The notes beneath the pieces are model-generated. The model worked only from the letters and a program-made list of their open reading frames with translations. It was not told the origin of the DNA and made no database searches. Positions 30,279 through 42,246 of a stretch of DNA of 64,000 bases are shown here, piece after piece. The DNA comes from the human T2T-CHM13v2.0 reference genome, Homo sapiens. How positions within the stretch are numbered: the stretch's first letter is position 1; every line of letters starts with the position of its first letter. The position numbers were made by a program, and so were the translations under genes. The DNA lies in NCBI RefSeq assembly GCF_009914755.1, contig NC_060931.1; one strand, given 5' to 3'.

Positions 30279-31712
30279 TGATATATTTCATAGGTACCTT
30301 CTTATAAGAATTCGGTTTAGGTTTATTTTACAGAGTTCTGAACATACTGTGTCTGTGTGTATTCCATTTAGTATTTGATTTTTAATTTAGTTATCATAAC
30401 CCAGGCATTTTTTCTAAGTCATTATAAATGCTTCATAAACATTTATTTTAGTGACTATACTGTGGCTATACCATGATTTATCTAATTATTCTAATTAGTT
30501 ATTTAGGTTGTTTTCTAATTGATACTATTATAGATACCTTATGATAAAGTCTTTTAATATGGATTTTTATTGAAATATATACACTATTCAGTTGTGTATA
30601 CATGTATATACTATATAGCATTTTGAATTTTTCATGAGCCAACACATGACTAAAACTACTGTGTACATCAATAAATTATCACTAAATGAACACAACTATG
30701 TTACCACTACTCAGGTAAAGAAATAGAACTTTACCAAGTCCCCTAAATATGCCCTCTACCCTCTGCCTTCTAATCACTGTTTCTTCCCTCTTTCTTGAAG
30801 ATAATCACTAACCTGACCTTTAAGGCCATAGATCAGTTTTTGCTTTGAAGGTCTGTAGTTTGATTAATTTCATTTAGATTTAGGGTTACAAGATCAGGAA
30901 GTATGGAGGTTTTAAAGTATCTTATTTCACATAATCAAATTGCCTTCATAAATGCTGTGCCATTTTACCACCACATTGTTAAAAAGTATGAGAAAGACTT
31001 TTGTTCCTGAGTGTGGAAAGGAAGAGAAATCAGGGTCAAGTGTAAAGAGACGAAGTTCTGGACAGTGAATAATAGGACCAAATGGGATCATATTGCTTTA
31101 GGGAAATCTCAGCTGTCTGTTTCTAAATTCTATTTTATGGCTTTGAAAATCCTCTTCTTTACCTAGACATTGCCAGTCATTGTGGCAGAAAGAAAGGAGA
31201 GTGTGGTGAGCCACGTACTGGTGATTCATGTACCAGCTCTGGACACAAGTGGCATATGAACTTCTGCCCACGTTACATGCCACGTTCATGGCTAAAGAAC
31301 AGATAGGAGTTCAGTAGAGCCAGGAGTATATAATCCCACAGGGAGAGGTCCTACAGGAAAGGAAACTAGGCTGCTTGACAATCATACCATCCACCACACT
31401 TCGTTTAATGTCTTTGTCCCATCCATAAGCAGATCAGATTATTTGGATTACTCATTTTTAATTTTTATTATAAAAGTGCCCTCTGGTCTTGAGGGGCCTG
31501 CATCTCTGTATAGGACTATATCTTCTGTAATTATTGGTCAGGTGGTTTGCATAGTGCTAAACTTTTTGTTTAGTGTGTGCACTTCTTTTCCAAGAAGAGG
31601 CCTAGAAACATGCTTGTTCATTAAGAGGATGGGGAAATGCTAACTAACTTTAGTTTATAAGGTACTTTTGATGGAAAGAAATTCCTCCTCAGGAAGTAAG
31701 GATATTTGTGTG

Positions 31713-31929
31713 ATTTTTGTTTTTCGTTTGAGGCAGTGTCTTGCTCTGTTACCCAGGCTGGAGTCCAGTGGCATGATCATAGCTCACTATAACCTCAACT
31801 CCTGGGCTCAAGCGATCCTCCTATGCAGCTCCTGAGTAGTTAGGACTATAGGCATGTGCTGCCATGCGCAGCTGATTTTTCTTTTTTCTTTTTTGTACAG
31901 ACAGGACCTTGCTATATTGCCCAGGCTTG
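31713..31929 (-). mobile_element. Partial AluJ
   Basis: Antisense Alu right arm plus part of the left arm. Confidence 0.85.
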
Positions 31930-32387
31930 GAAATAAGCTTTTTTATAGCTAATTTACACATTCTGCTTACATGCTCCAGGAAAGCATTCAGTAGATGATT
32001 TTCTAGCCCATGCACAGTTATACTTACAGGACTGTGGAGGTTTTCTCCCTGTCACAGCAAGGTAACTGAGTCGTTCACCAAGAGGTTTGGTCCAGGTCAT
32101 CAGGAACACCTTTCAGTTGTAGCTAACATCCTGCCTTCACCCTTTCCTACAGTCAGTTTGCTTCTTCTCTCTTGCCATTCTTTGCTAAAACAGCTATTTT
32201 GTAGTATTGCTCTAAAACATTATGTGTTGCTTCTCATTTCTCTTTCTCTTTATGTCTTCATGAAAACATAAATCAGTCAAGGTACTCTGTTGTTCAGTTA
32301 GAGAAATAGTTGCACAGTGGAGAGGGTTGCACAGTTATATTTGATCAGCTTGGATTTAACATGGTGTCTCTTTTTTATTTCCCAAAG

Positions 32388-32445
32388 GTGTCTTCTCTTT
32401 AGGGATGGTGAGGTTGGAAAAAGGCTCCTGTAACCCTCCTCCAGG
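32388..32445 (+). other. STARD3NL: STARD3NL exon 2, 5'UTR portion
   Basis: Polypyrimidine tract ctcttttttatttcccaaag|GTG. In-frame TAA at 32431-32433 upstream of the ATG. Confidence 0.75.
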
Positions 32446-32670
32446 ATGAACCACCTGCCAGAAGACATGGAGAACGCTCTCACCGGGAGCCAGAGCTCCC
32501 ATGCTTCTCTGCGCAATATCCATTCCATCAACCCCACACAACTCATGGCCAGGATTGAGTCCTATGAAGGAAGGGAAAAGAAAGGCATATCTGATGTCAG
32601 GAGGACTTTCTGTTTGTTTGTCACCTTTGACCTCTTATTCGTAACATTACTGTGGATAATAGAGTTAAAT
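32446..32670 (+). CDS. STARD3NL: STARD3NL exon 2 coding part, aa 1-75
   Basis: ATG to MNHLPEDMENALTG...FDLLFVTLLWIIELN, donor AAT|gtaagt, phase 0. Confidence 0.97.
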
Positions 32671-32920
32671 GTAAGTTGGTGGTTCTTTCATAACTTTTTA
32701 AGAAGTGTTTCCAGAGACAACAGGGTTTTTTTGTTCGTTTCTCTTATCATTTGTTTCATTTAGTAATTTCCATCTTTTTCCAAATGAAGCCATTGCTTTT
32801 CTCCTCCTGATTTGGACCTTTCTTGTTCTTTAATATTATTGTTTAAGGCAAATGTGATCAGTTTAAAACTCATGTTGTCTGGGGTTTTGAAATTTGAATT
32901 CCTGGTATTTTGCTCTGTAA

Positions 32921-33138
32921 CAGGAGTTGACAAACTATAGGCTGTAAGACAAATTCAGTAGGCCTGTTTTAATAAAGTTTTATTGGAACGTGGCCAGGCC
33001 TGTCTGTTTACATATTGTTTATGGCTGGCTTTTGCACTGAGTAGTTGCAGTTGAATAGTTATGACAGAGACCCTCTGACCCACAAAGGCAAAAATATTTG
33101 TTCTCTAGTCTTTTTCAGAAAAAGTTTACCCATCCTTC
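32921..33138. mobile_element. MER58A (hAT) element
   Basis: caggagttgacaaactat...aataaagttttattggaac...cagaaaaagtttaccc. Confidence 0.8.
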
Positions 33139-34225
33139 CTCCAGAAAATGTAGAATGCTTTTGGAATATGTTTTAGATGTTTCATGTACTTTTCTAGTTC
33201 CTAGGTTTAAGATTTTGCACATGTTTGTTCTTTACTTTCTTGCAAAGAGATTACTTATTTATATTTCATCGGAAAAGTTGTCCTGGAGGCATTTGGAGGT
33301 TTATGCAGTTATTCTGTATTACCAACTAATTGTTTAGACCAGTACTGTCCAATAGAAATATAATGCAAACTATTAAATATGTAATTTAAAATTCTCTAGT
33401 TGCCACATTAATAAAAATCAAACAGATGAAACTCATTTTAATAATATTTTTTATTTAACCCAATATATGTGTTTTCTTCCCAAAGCCTTTGGTCTGATTG
33501 TTTACATTTCTTACCAACCAATAGGTGAGCTCCTCCAGGAGGTTTTCCTCACAAGCAAAAAGTGTCTGCTTTCCTATTTTCAGCAGTTCATTTATTTCCA
33601 GGAAATGTTTGCTAAGACCTAGGTAGTAATCATTATTCCCTGTTGTTTATTTTTAGGGGGTTACTCTTTGCTAGGCACAGTGCTAGATGTTTTATGAGAA
33701 TTTATTATAATACAAAAATATGAAAAGATGCTGAGATTCCTGTTTGAAAATTATTTAAAATTTTGCCTTTTAACAGCAAGAAGCAGCATCTTAATCTAAT
33801 TTTTGATTAGTATTCTAATTCATAGCATAATTTCAATTCTAAACTCTATTCTCTTAATAATTAGGGTCACTGAATCTCATTTAATTTCATCATGAATCCT
33901 AATAGAGGAACTAAACTCGTTATGAAAGCAGACAGTTACATTAGAAAATAATATTTGTCCCATAATCACAGTGACATGGAACGTGAGTCCACTGTTAAGT
34001 TTCTGTTTACAGATTTTTCTTCTGTTAATTTTGCACTGTGGGATTGTTAAGTTTTGTTTATAATCAGACAGCCCAGTGATATGACATAGTAATTTAGAGT
34101 CTCTTTTTGCTATGTGTTCCACATATGCACATTAAAGAAAATATTTTAATTAATGTATATTTTAAAGGAGTAATATGATTTCAAAACTGTAGCTATGTAA
34201 TGAGAGATGAAAAGGAAATGCGTCT

Positions 34226-34524
34226 TTTTTTTTTTCTTTTTTGAGACAGAGTCTTGCTCTGTCACTCAGGCTGGAGTGCAGTGACACGATCTTGGCTCAC
34301 GCAACTGCCACCTCCTGGGTTCAAGCAAATCTCTTGCCTCAGCCTCCAGAGTAGCTGGGACTACAGGGCGCACACCATCACGCCTTGCTAATTTTTTTGT
34401 ATTTTTAGTAGAGACAGGGTTTCACCGTGTTGGCCACACTGTTCTCTATCTCCTGACTTCATGATCTGCCTGCCTTGCCCTCCCAAAGTGCTGGGATTAT
34501 AGGTGTGAGCCATCGCGCCTGGCC
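34226..34524 (-). mobile_element. AluS
   Basis: Full dimer with near-identical TSD GGAAATGC(G/A)TCTTTT at ~34214 and 34525. Confidence 0.93.
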
Positions 34525-36639
34525 GGAAATGCATCTTTTAACAGGAAACACATCAGTAGTTTTAAGGGGGCACACTTTAAATTTATTTTAACGTCAACAG
34601 CAAGTCCGGGCATTCATTGCTTTGGCTGCTTATATCACTGTATGCCTTTAAATGAGGAAAGTCATGGGGTAGAACTGTGGTGGGGTTCATGGGATCACAC
34701 TTCTCATTTCTCTCCTTTCTGTTTTGTCCAGGGAAGTGGAAATGAAGTAGGCTGCCCCCTGTTCTTGTTCACAGACAAGTTATCTGTTTACATCTGCATG
34801 CAACGTGTTATAAATGAAAAATCACCAGGCCTAGCAATTTAGAAATGTGTTTTTATCCTCACTTTTCCACCAACTACTAGTTTCCCCACCTGTAAAATTA
34901 AAAGATTGGAAAAGGGTATATGATCAAGCAAGAACATCAGGACTTTTTTTAGTATGATTGTTTTTCGATGCCCAATTTCTAGTTCTACTTGTTTTGAATT
35001 GTCAGTCTTGACCTGGTGTTTTCACTACACGCAGTACCATTCATTTTGCTTTGTTGTCTCTCTGTAACTCTCTAATCATTCAAATCCATTTTTTTAAACA
35101 TGTCTTTACATTTACCAAATGCCAGAGAACAGGCTTCTAATTCAGGTGTTGCAAGCTCTACCAAAAAAAACTATATGGGATTTAGAGTTTAGCTGAATAA
35201 ATATGGCACATAATCTTATACTGCCTTGTGATGTAGTCTTTAAAAGAAGAAAGAAAATGTCATAAAGGGTGCTTAGAGCTTTAGAATATGGAGAACCAGC
35301 TGTTCTTTGCAATTATAACAATAACCAAACTACTTTGCCTTCATGTATGACTTCCACCTTAGCCACCTTCCCTCCTTGCCACAGGGACCTGACTGGCACC
35401 ATCCCAGCCTCAAATGCAGGGCTCGGTGAGCCAGAGAAGCCTAACACCACCTTAGTTCATTTTCCTTCTAGAAGATCTTAGGGCTGCTGATCTCTTTTCG
35501 GTCAATCAAAAGGATGGTTTTGATTCTATCCAAGGCCTCTTGGTCCACCTTTGAGTAGACTGATTTCCCAAGTTGGATCTGGAATTAATTATGGCTTGCG
35601 TTCCCTGAGGACTCTTTTCCCTCTGCAGACTCTCTCCTACACTCTGTAGACAGTGTGAACAGGGATCAAAGTAGTGACAGTTGAAAGGAATTTGGTTTTC
35701 TTTTTAGCTTTTGATACTTGATTGAGACTATGGTTCAAAAAAAGCCTTTATCAATGCTTAGTGACTTTTTTCTTACTATTTTCTAACTGGCGTTCTAGAA
35801 AATGTCATAACAGTCCTAATTTGACTTAGAGCTGTCGTGACCAGGTCTTTGGCCTTGGGCAAGCTGTTTAATAAGTTCTCTGGGCCTTTTGATCAATTTA
35901 ATAAACTAATACTGGTCTTGCCTTCCTCATGGGTCCATGTGAAGATCAAATGGAAAGATGTATACAGCAGCCCCTTTGAAGATACAAAGGTCTGCATGAT
36001 TATAGTTCATGTAATTTATTAATAACTAAAATAAATTTAACCCAGAAAGAAGAAAAAAATGCAGGTTACTGTTTTCTCACTATTGTTACATTTAAGTTTC
36101 AGGTACTTATTACCCTGCTAATTCTGATTCTATTACCTCATTCCTACTATGCTCTATAAATGGTGATGACCAAGTATAATAGAAATTCAGATGAGGTAGA
36201 TCAGCGGCTTGGACTGTTTGAGGGAGTGAATGGAAGAGATGGACTGTGAATTGGATTTGGAAGGATAGGTGGCAGTTAAGATGGGAGGATGATCTGGGAA
36301 GGATGATCCTTCAGTGTGGGAGCTTGGGGAGAGGGTTTGGAGATCACGGCGCATGGAAGTACTGAGGCAGGAGTGTGTGCTTATGTGTGGGGAGTACGTG
36401 CTCAAGTGCTTGTATTTGGAGGGAACAGGGACAGAGGCTAAGAAAATACTAGCTTGGTTAGAAAGTAAGGTGCCTATTGGAAATGAAATTGAATAGGTAG
36501 GCTGGTGCTAGATTATTCAAGTTATTAAAAGGTATATAGAAGGATTTGTATTTACTGCAATGGTGAGCTGTTACAGATTCTGGAGCAGATTGGACAACAT
36601 GATTTTGAGATTTTCCAGAAGTCAGTGACTCACAGTCTA

Positions 36640-37556
36640 CATCACAGCCTCCTTGACCTGTCCAGTTGGATGTCTGACTTAACATGTTTCCCCCAATGCA
36701 TACACACACCTGCTTTCCCCCTTTTTCATCAGTAAGAAAATGCAGAGACTTAGGCCAAACATGAAAACGCATTTTGATTTGCTTGTTTTGTATTTTTCAT
36801 GCTTCATATCCAGTCTAAAAGTAAGTCCTGTCAAATCTGCCTCTAAAATATATTCAAAATGTGACCACTTCTCTTCTTTTCCACTGTTTCTCCTTTTCCA
36901 CTGTTTCCCTTCTTTTCCACTGTTTCCCTTTCTTTTCCACTGTTTCCAGCTTCAACCAAGCCACATTATCACTCATCCAAACTGCACTCCTGGCTGGTCG
37001 CCTGCTTCCTCTCACCCTGCAATCCATTCTTCTCACAGTAGCCAGGGTAACCTGTGAAAAACAAAAGTCAGATCATGTCACTTTCTGTTACAGCTCTTCA
37101 CTGGCAGGCCATGCTTTTAGAATAAAATCCAAATGTCGTACTTTGGCTTGCAGAGGCCCCAGAAGCCTCTCAGACTTCCTCCCCACCCTCTGTTCCTGGC
37201 TCACGGTAGATGAGCACACTTGCCTTCTTCTGTTCTCAGAAAGGAATAAGCTCCTTTCTATCTTGGGACCCTTCTACTAGTTGTTTCTTCTATATGAAAT
37301 GATTAATTTCCTTTATCTTTTTATAGAATTCAACTTCTTATTTTGCTAGTATCAGTTTAAATGTCTTCATTATTCTGTCACACTGTCCTGCTTCTGTTGT
37401 CTGTGTAGCATTTGTTTTCTTATTTGCTATCTCTCTCACCTTGCCAGAATATAATCTCCATGAAGACATATTATTTTGTTTACTGAAGTATTTCCTATAT
37501 TTAGAACAGTGCCTGGTGCGTAGTAGATGCTCAGCAAATATTTGGTGAATGGATAA
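36640..37556 (+). mobile_element. L2 3' portion containing a tandem repeat
   Basis: L2 motifs ending in gtagatgctcagcaaatatttggtgaatgga. Confidence 0.7.
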
Positions 37557-39297
37557 AGATCATTGTGGCAGTGGTGAGCAGGTGGGACAGATTGGCAGTA
37601 AGAACATGAATTCGGAAGCTGTTGCAGGAATGTCATGGAAGGCGGTGGGAATAGGAAGGAAAGAACTAACCTGAGAGTCACTAAAGGAAGGAGTATGAGA
37701 AGACTTGTTGATAGGCCGATTTTATCATCCCCAGTATGCAAAGATGACTCTAAAGTTTCCAGTGATGAACTCTAGAAGAGTAGTACCAGAACTGACTGGG
37801 AAGGGATTTTGTGTGAAACTAAAGATAGTTTATTTAAGACATCTTGAGGTAGAGACAAAAATTTTGAAATGAGGATTTAGAGTATAAGTTAGGGATAGAG
37901 ATATACATTTTAGATAATGTCTGTTTAAAGCCAACTCCAAATCAGAGCATTTTAAAGTATGCAGATACCAGAGAAAAGCTATGGGCTATTTATTGCAAAA
38001 CTCTATGGGCTGCTTTGATTCCTGTTCTCCCAGGAATAGCAAGGGGAGGTCTCTATGTGGTAGAGAACTCCTGTTTGCTGTAGGCCGCTTGGAATAATCA
38101 TTCTTATAATATTCTGGATGTTGACAAGTTTCCTTAGTCCGGAGAGACAGTAATGAGACTAAATGGTTGGGTGTCTTTCAATCATTATTCCTCCTTCCTC
38201 CCAAGTTTTCAATTCTATTCATTTGTAGAGGTCTGTAGCCAAGCAGGTCTACAGAGGATCCATACTAATTACAAAGAAATGTAGACCTCCTTAAGGGATT
38301 TTCAGGCACAGGATAGTATTTATGGTATGCTTTCATTTTTGCATAACAAATACAAATATGTGAAATGATACCTAAGCTAGGAATACCCTTCCCTATGGCA
38401 ACTTTCATTCGAATTTGAACCTGGCAAAGGTGTTCCTTAATGTTTTCCCTCTTATCCAGGTCTCTGGTTAACTGTCCTTCCATTGGTCCTCTTTTAAACC
38501 CTCTGCATTTGTTTGCTCCCTCTGATCAGGCTAATCCAGGGGCTCTGACAGTTACCCTGCTTGGGTGCTGCATTAGCTGCCGACACATGTCCCCTTACTT
38601 GATTTTTTAAAAGTATTATGCTCCATAGTTTCATTTGTCGAATTTTGAGCTCGATAATACAAGATTTATTTTGACAGTAGCATTGGGAGAGGACAGAAAG
38701 TTGTATCAGGTTTGAGTCTAGTACTGTCCTTATTTCATTATCTATTCATGTTAAAAATATATTTAAATTGATAAAAGTGCAGAATCTTTAAATGCCAGGA
38801 GAAATAAAAATGAGAAACCACAGAGAATGTTTACACTTCTATCCTGTGTCATGCTAATGGCCATCATTGACGTTTGCCCGGATGTCGGGGAGTCTTGGCC
38901 TTCCAAGACCTAAGACAGTGGAGCGTGATCAGAAAGTAAGGTAGTCCTGGATAAAGGTGAATTGCCTTCTTTAAAAATATACTTTTGTATGATGGAAGAC
39001 TTTATCTTAGAAGGGAAAAAATAATTTTCTTAACATTTTAATTTTCCCAACTATGAACTACAGAAGCCATTATTTTTCACTATACATTTATATCTGTTGA
39101 GTGAATGAATTCAGAGTTGAGGAATTGGAGAGTGCCATCTAGCCCTTTTCTATTAAAATTATGAGAGTTCTTTTCTTCGCACTTTAGCATTTCTGGGTTC
39201 TGAGAAGATAGGCAGGAAAGTTGGATAGGAAATCTTACCTTGTTTTATTTCCACACATAAACCTCTCCTTGTTTTTGCTTCTTACTCTCCTTTCTAG

Positions 39298-39375
39298 GTG
39301 AATGGAGGCATTGAGAACACATTAGAGAAGGAGGTGATGCAGTATGACTACTATTCTTCATATTTTGATATATTT
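39298..39375 (+). CDS. STARD3NL: STARD3NL exon 3, aa 76-101
   Basis: tttctag|GTG...TTT|gtaagt; encodes VNGGIENTLEKEVMQYDYYSSYFDIF (78 nt). Confidence 0.96.
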
Positions 39376-39968
39376 GTAAGTATTTTTTATGTTTCATTTC
39401 AGATGTGATAAAACTGACCCAAAAGGCAGATTTCCTCTAAATAGACTTCAAATTCCATGCCCTTTTTTCCTCTTTTGAATACTGACCATATTTTCCTTTT
39501 CTTTTAATTCCCCACCCATTCAATGTTCTCTCTCTCTAAATAAGGAATTGTGTCATCATCTCAAGGAAATAAAAGATTAATGACAGATAAGGGAGGGCAA
39601 CAGAAGGAGCCATTCCTATTTTCTTGTTGGAGAGCCTTTATTCTTTCAAATGGCTCAAATAGAACCCATTGACATATCTAGTCACTGAAAGGAAAATTCA
39701 CCTATTTGTATAATAAGATGATGAAAATGACATCTTTTTTTTCTTGCCTTGTTTTTTCTTTCATAATGGGAGATTAATGTGAGACCTAATTTGCTATTAC
39801 ATTAAGTTGTAGAGCAGGGATTCCCAAATGCTGGTCTACAGACCAGTGCCAGTCCCTGGTAGTCTCCAGCTAAATCACAGTAATGAAGACAGTCTGGTGA
39901 GTTTTTCATAAAGCTGTGTCATTTTTGTATATATTTTTTAAAACATCCCTTTATTTTCTTACTTTCAG

Positions 39969-40046
39969 CTTCTGGCAGTTTTTCGATTTAAAGTGTTAAT
40001 ACTTGCATATGCTGTGTGCAGACTGCGCCATTGGTGGGCAATAGCG
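39969..40046 (+). CDS. STARD3NL: STARD3NL exon 4, aa 102-127
   Basis: tttcag|CTT...GCG|gtgagt; encodes LLAVFRFKVLILAYAVCRLRHWWAIA (78 nt). Confidence 0.96.
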
Positions 40047-41398
40047 GTGAGTATGCCCTGCATGAGTGGGTCATCTCCTCCAGTGCTGGTGGCCAAGTCC
40101 TGCTCTCAACAGGCCTGGGCTGGGAGAAGATACAGTTCTAATGCAGGTGGAATCCCACCAGCTTTCCTGAGTCCCGTTTCCTCCATACTTAAGTAGGTTT
40201 AATACTCCAGGGCTTCTTTCCAATGTTAATGAGTAACTAGATTTGTCTCTTGGTGCTGAGCCAAATGAGGAATCTAGAAGCCCAACAGTGATTATTGGCC
40301 AAGCACCAAGCCACCCTCTACCTCATTTTGCAAATAAGAGATGAGAGGAGACCTCTGTCACAGAGATATTTGGAAAATGTCTTATTTGGTTGAAACTGCT
40401 TAGTGATTGTTTTCATGACATGGTCTGTACTTATTTAGGTAATTGCCTTACCCCCTCCTTTCTTCCCCACAACCCCCTGTCTTGGAGGGAAAAGCTCTCA
40501 GTCTCTCTGTTGTTGCCTTGGACTTCTCAAGGACAAGGACTTTTTTACTCCTCTGTTTCCTGGCATCTAGCACAGAGAGCTTTGGTATTCTTAATAAGTA
40601 TTTAGAGATTGATAGAATTACTAGCAGTTCTGCCTGACAGATGTCTGAATATTTGCCTTTTGTAAAGCTTTAATAAGTCAGTTCTATGGGAAGAAAATGT
40701 GGAGCTCCTCAGACTAGAGAGAGCTGCTCAGAAATAACCTGCAGTTCTGCAATTAGAGGGTGAGAGCTCGGGTCTGGGTGGCCCAGGCCTGGGTTTCTCC
40801 AGCTGGGAATAGGACTTGTGCTGCCCTCCTGAGTCCACTAGGGGGCGATGTCTGTCTGGGCCATGTCTTCTGAGCATTCTCAGAATCACGGGGCAGCGGT
40901 CAGACCATCTGTTAATCCGGAAGCTCTCATTTCATGGATATAGGCTGACAGTCTTGGCCAGACTTGACTCCCTTTCCTGAATACTCTTTTGCTGATATCA
41001 TCATAGCTTTTGATGATTGTACCCTCCCATTTTTCTGCATTTTCTACAACAGATCCCTTTGGGATGTTGTATTCCTGAGTCCCCATATGTATGCTAGTAT
41101 TTGTCAGACTATCCCTCTCAATGTTTGTTTTAGAAAAGTGTTTGACATATAGATATTCAGTGAGAGCTGTAAGACAGTATCTTCAATATCTGCTTTCAGA
41201 TTATCTGAAGAATAAGTCTAATTTAGCAAATCATTTTATTGCTTCTGATTCTTGTTTTAAAAAACATTTGCAGAGAAGAGTCTAGAAGCTGGAAGGAGGA
41301 GAAGTCAGCTGGTATTTAAAGAGTGCTTAGTGTGAGCCTGTAAAGTTAATTAGTGTCAGAATATAAAATGCTAAACTGCCTCCTCTCCCAAGCAGCTC

Positions 41399-41442
41399 TG
41401 TGTGTGTGTGTGTGTGTGTGTGTGAGTGTGTGTGTGTGTGTG
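41399..41442. repeat. (TG)n microsatellite in intron 4
   Basis: Direct observation; one AG interruption. Confidence 0.95.
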
Positions 41443-41965
41443 TCTGCAACTTTGTTAATACTTATTGAGCAAGATACTTGGTGTTCCCTGTCCTCCTTCT
41501 GTCAGTCAAGCTACTATTGGTATTCATTTTGGTCAGGTTTCACCATGCTAAAAATATTAGTTGAAGGAACAGTGACAAGGCTCAGGTATTATGGTATCTC
41601 TGGACTTCACAACCCCTGGCGAGAGCCCTACCTATGCACTTTACCAGTCTCTTCATGTGCTTGTAGAGGCTTTGGAATTGTACCTTCTGGTGGATCAAAC
41701 TTAGTTACCTAGCACACCAGCCTGCTGAAATGTGGGAGAATAAACCACACACAGTCATTTAGGGATTGTGTCACATGTAGAAGCCCATTTTGCCCCAGTG
41801 TGGGTCTAGGGGAGAGAGACTGAGTGATATGGGAAGGAGCCAGGCTAGGCACAGGTTTTTCAGGCCTTGCCTGCTCCTGGCTCAGACGGGTCTCTTGTGA
41901 AGAGGGAGGTACCTTCACAGTGTGAGATGCCTAGTGTGAACAGTGCTGGATTATGTGTCTTGCAG

Positions 41966-42019
41966 TTGACAACGGCAGTGACCAGTGCCTTTTTACTAGC
42001 AAAAGTGATCCTTTCGAAG
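41966..42019 (+). CDS. STARD3NL: STARD3NL exon 5, aa 128-145
   Basis: ttgcag|TTG...AAG|gtatgg; encodes LTTAVTSAFLLAKVILSK (54 nt). Confidence 0.95.
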
Positions 42020-42128
42020 GTATGGCCTACCACTTTTTCTATACAGTTACCATCTTCAGTGATGAAGCCTCGTTTTTCAGTGTGAGTTTGTGGTAACTGC
42101 ATTTCCCTTTCCTGGTCGTATTTTCCAG

Positions 42129-42246
42129 CTTTTCTCTCAAGGGGCTTTTGGCTATGTGCTGCCCATCATTTCATTCATCCTTGCCTGGATTGAGACGTGG
42201 TTCCTGGATTTCAAAGTGTTACCTCAAGAAGCAGAAGAAGAAAACA
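42129..42246 (+). CDS. STARD3NL: STARD3NL exon 6, aa 146-184
   Basis: ttccag|CTT...AACA|gtaagt; encodes LFSQGAFGYVLPIISFILAWIETWFLDFKVLPQEAEEEN, the end of the MENTAL domain (118 nt). Confidence 0.96.

Noticed and set aside
32671-32763. Extension of the exon 2 ORF to 105 aa (VSWWFFH...)
   Set aside because: Read-through past a consensus donor (gtaagt at 32671) into intron 2.
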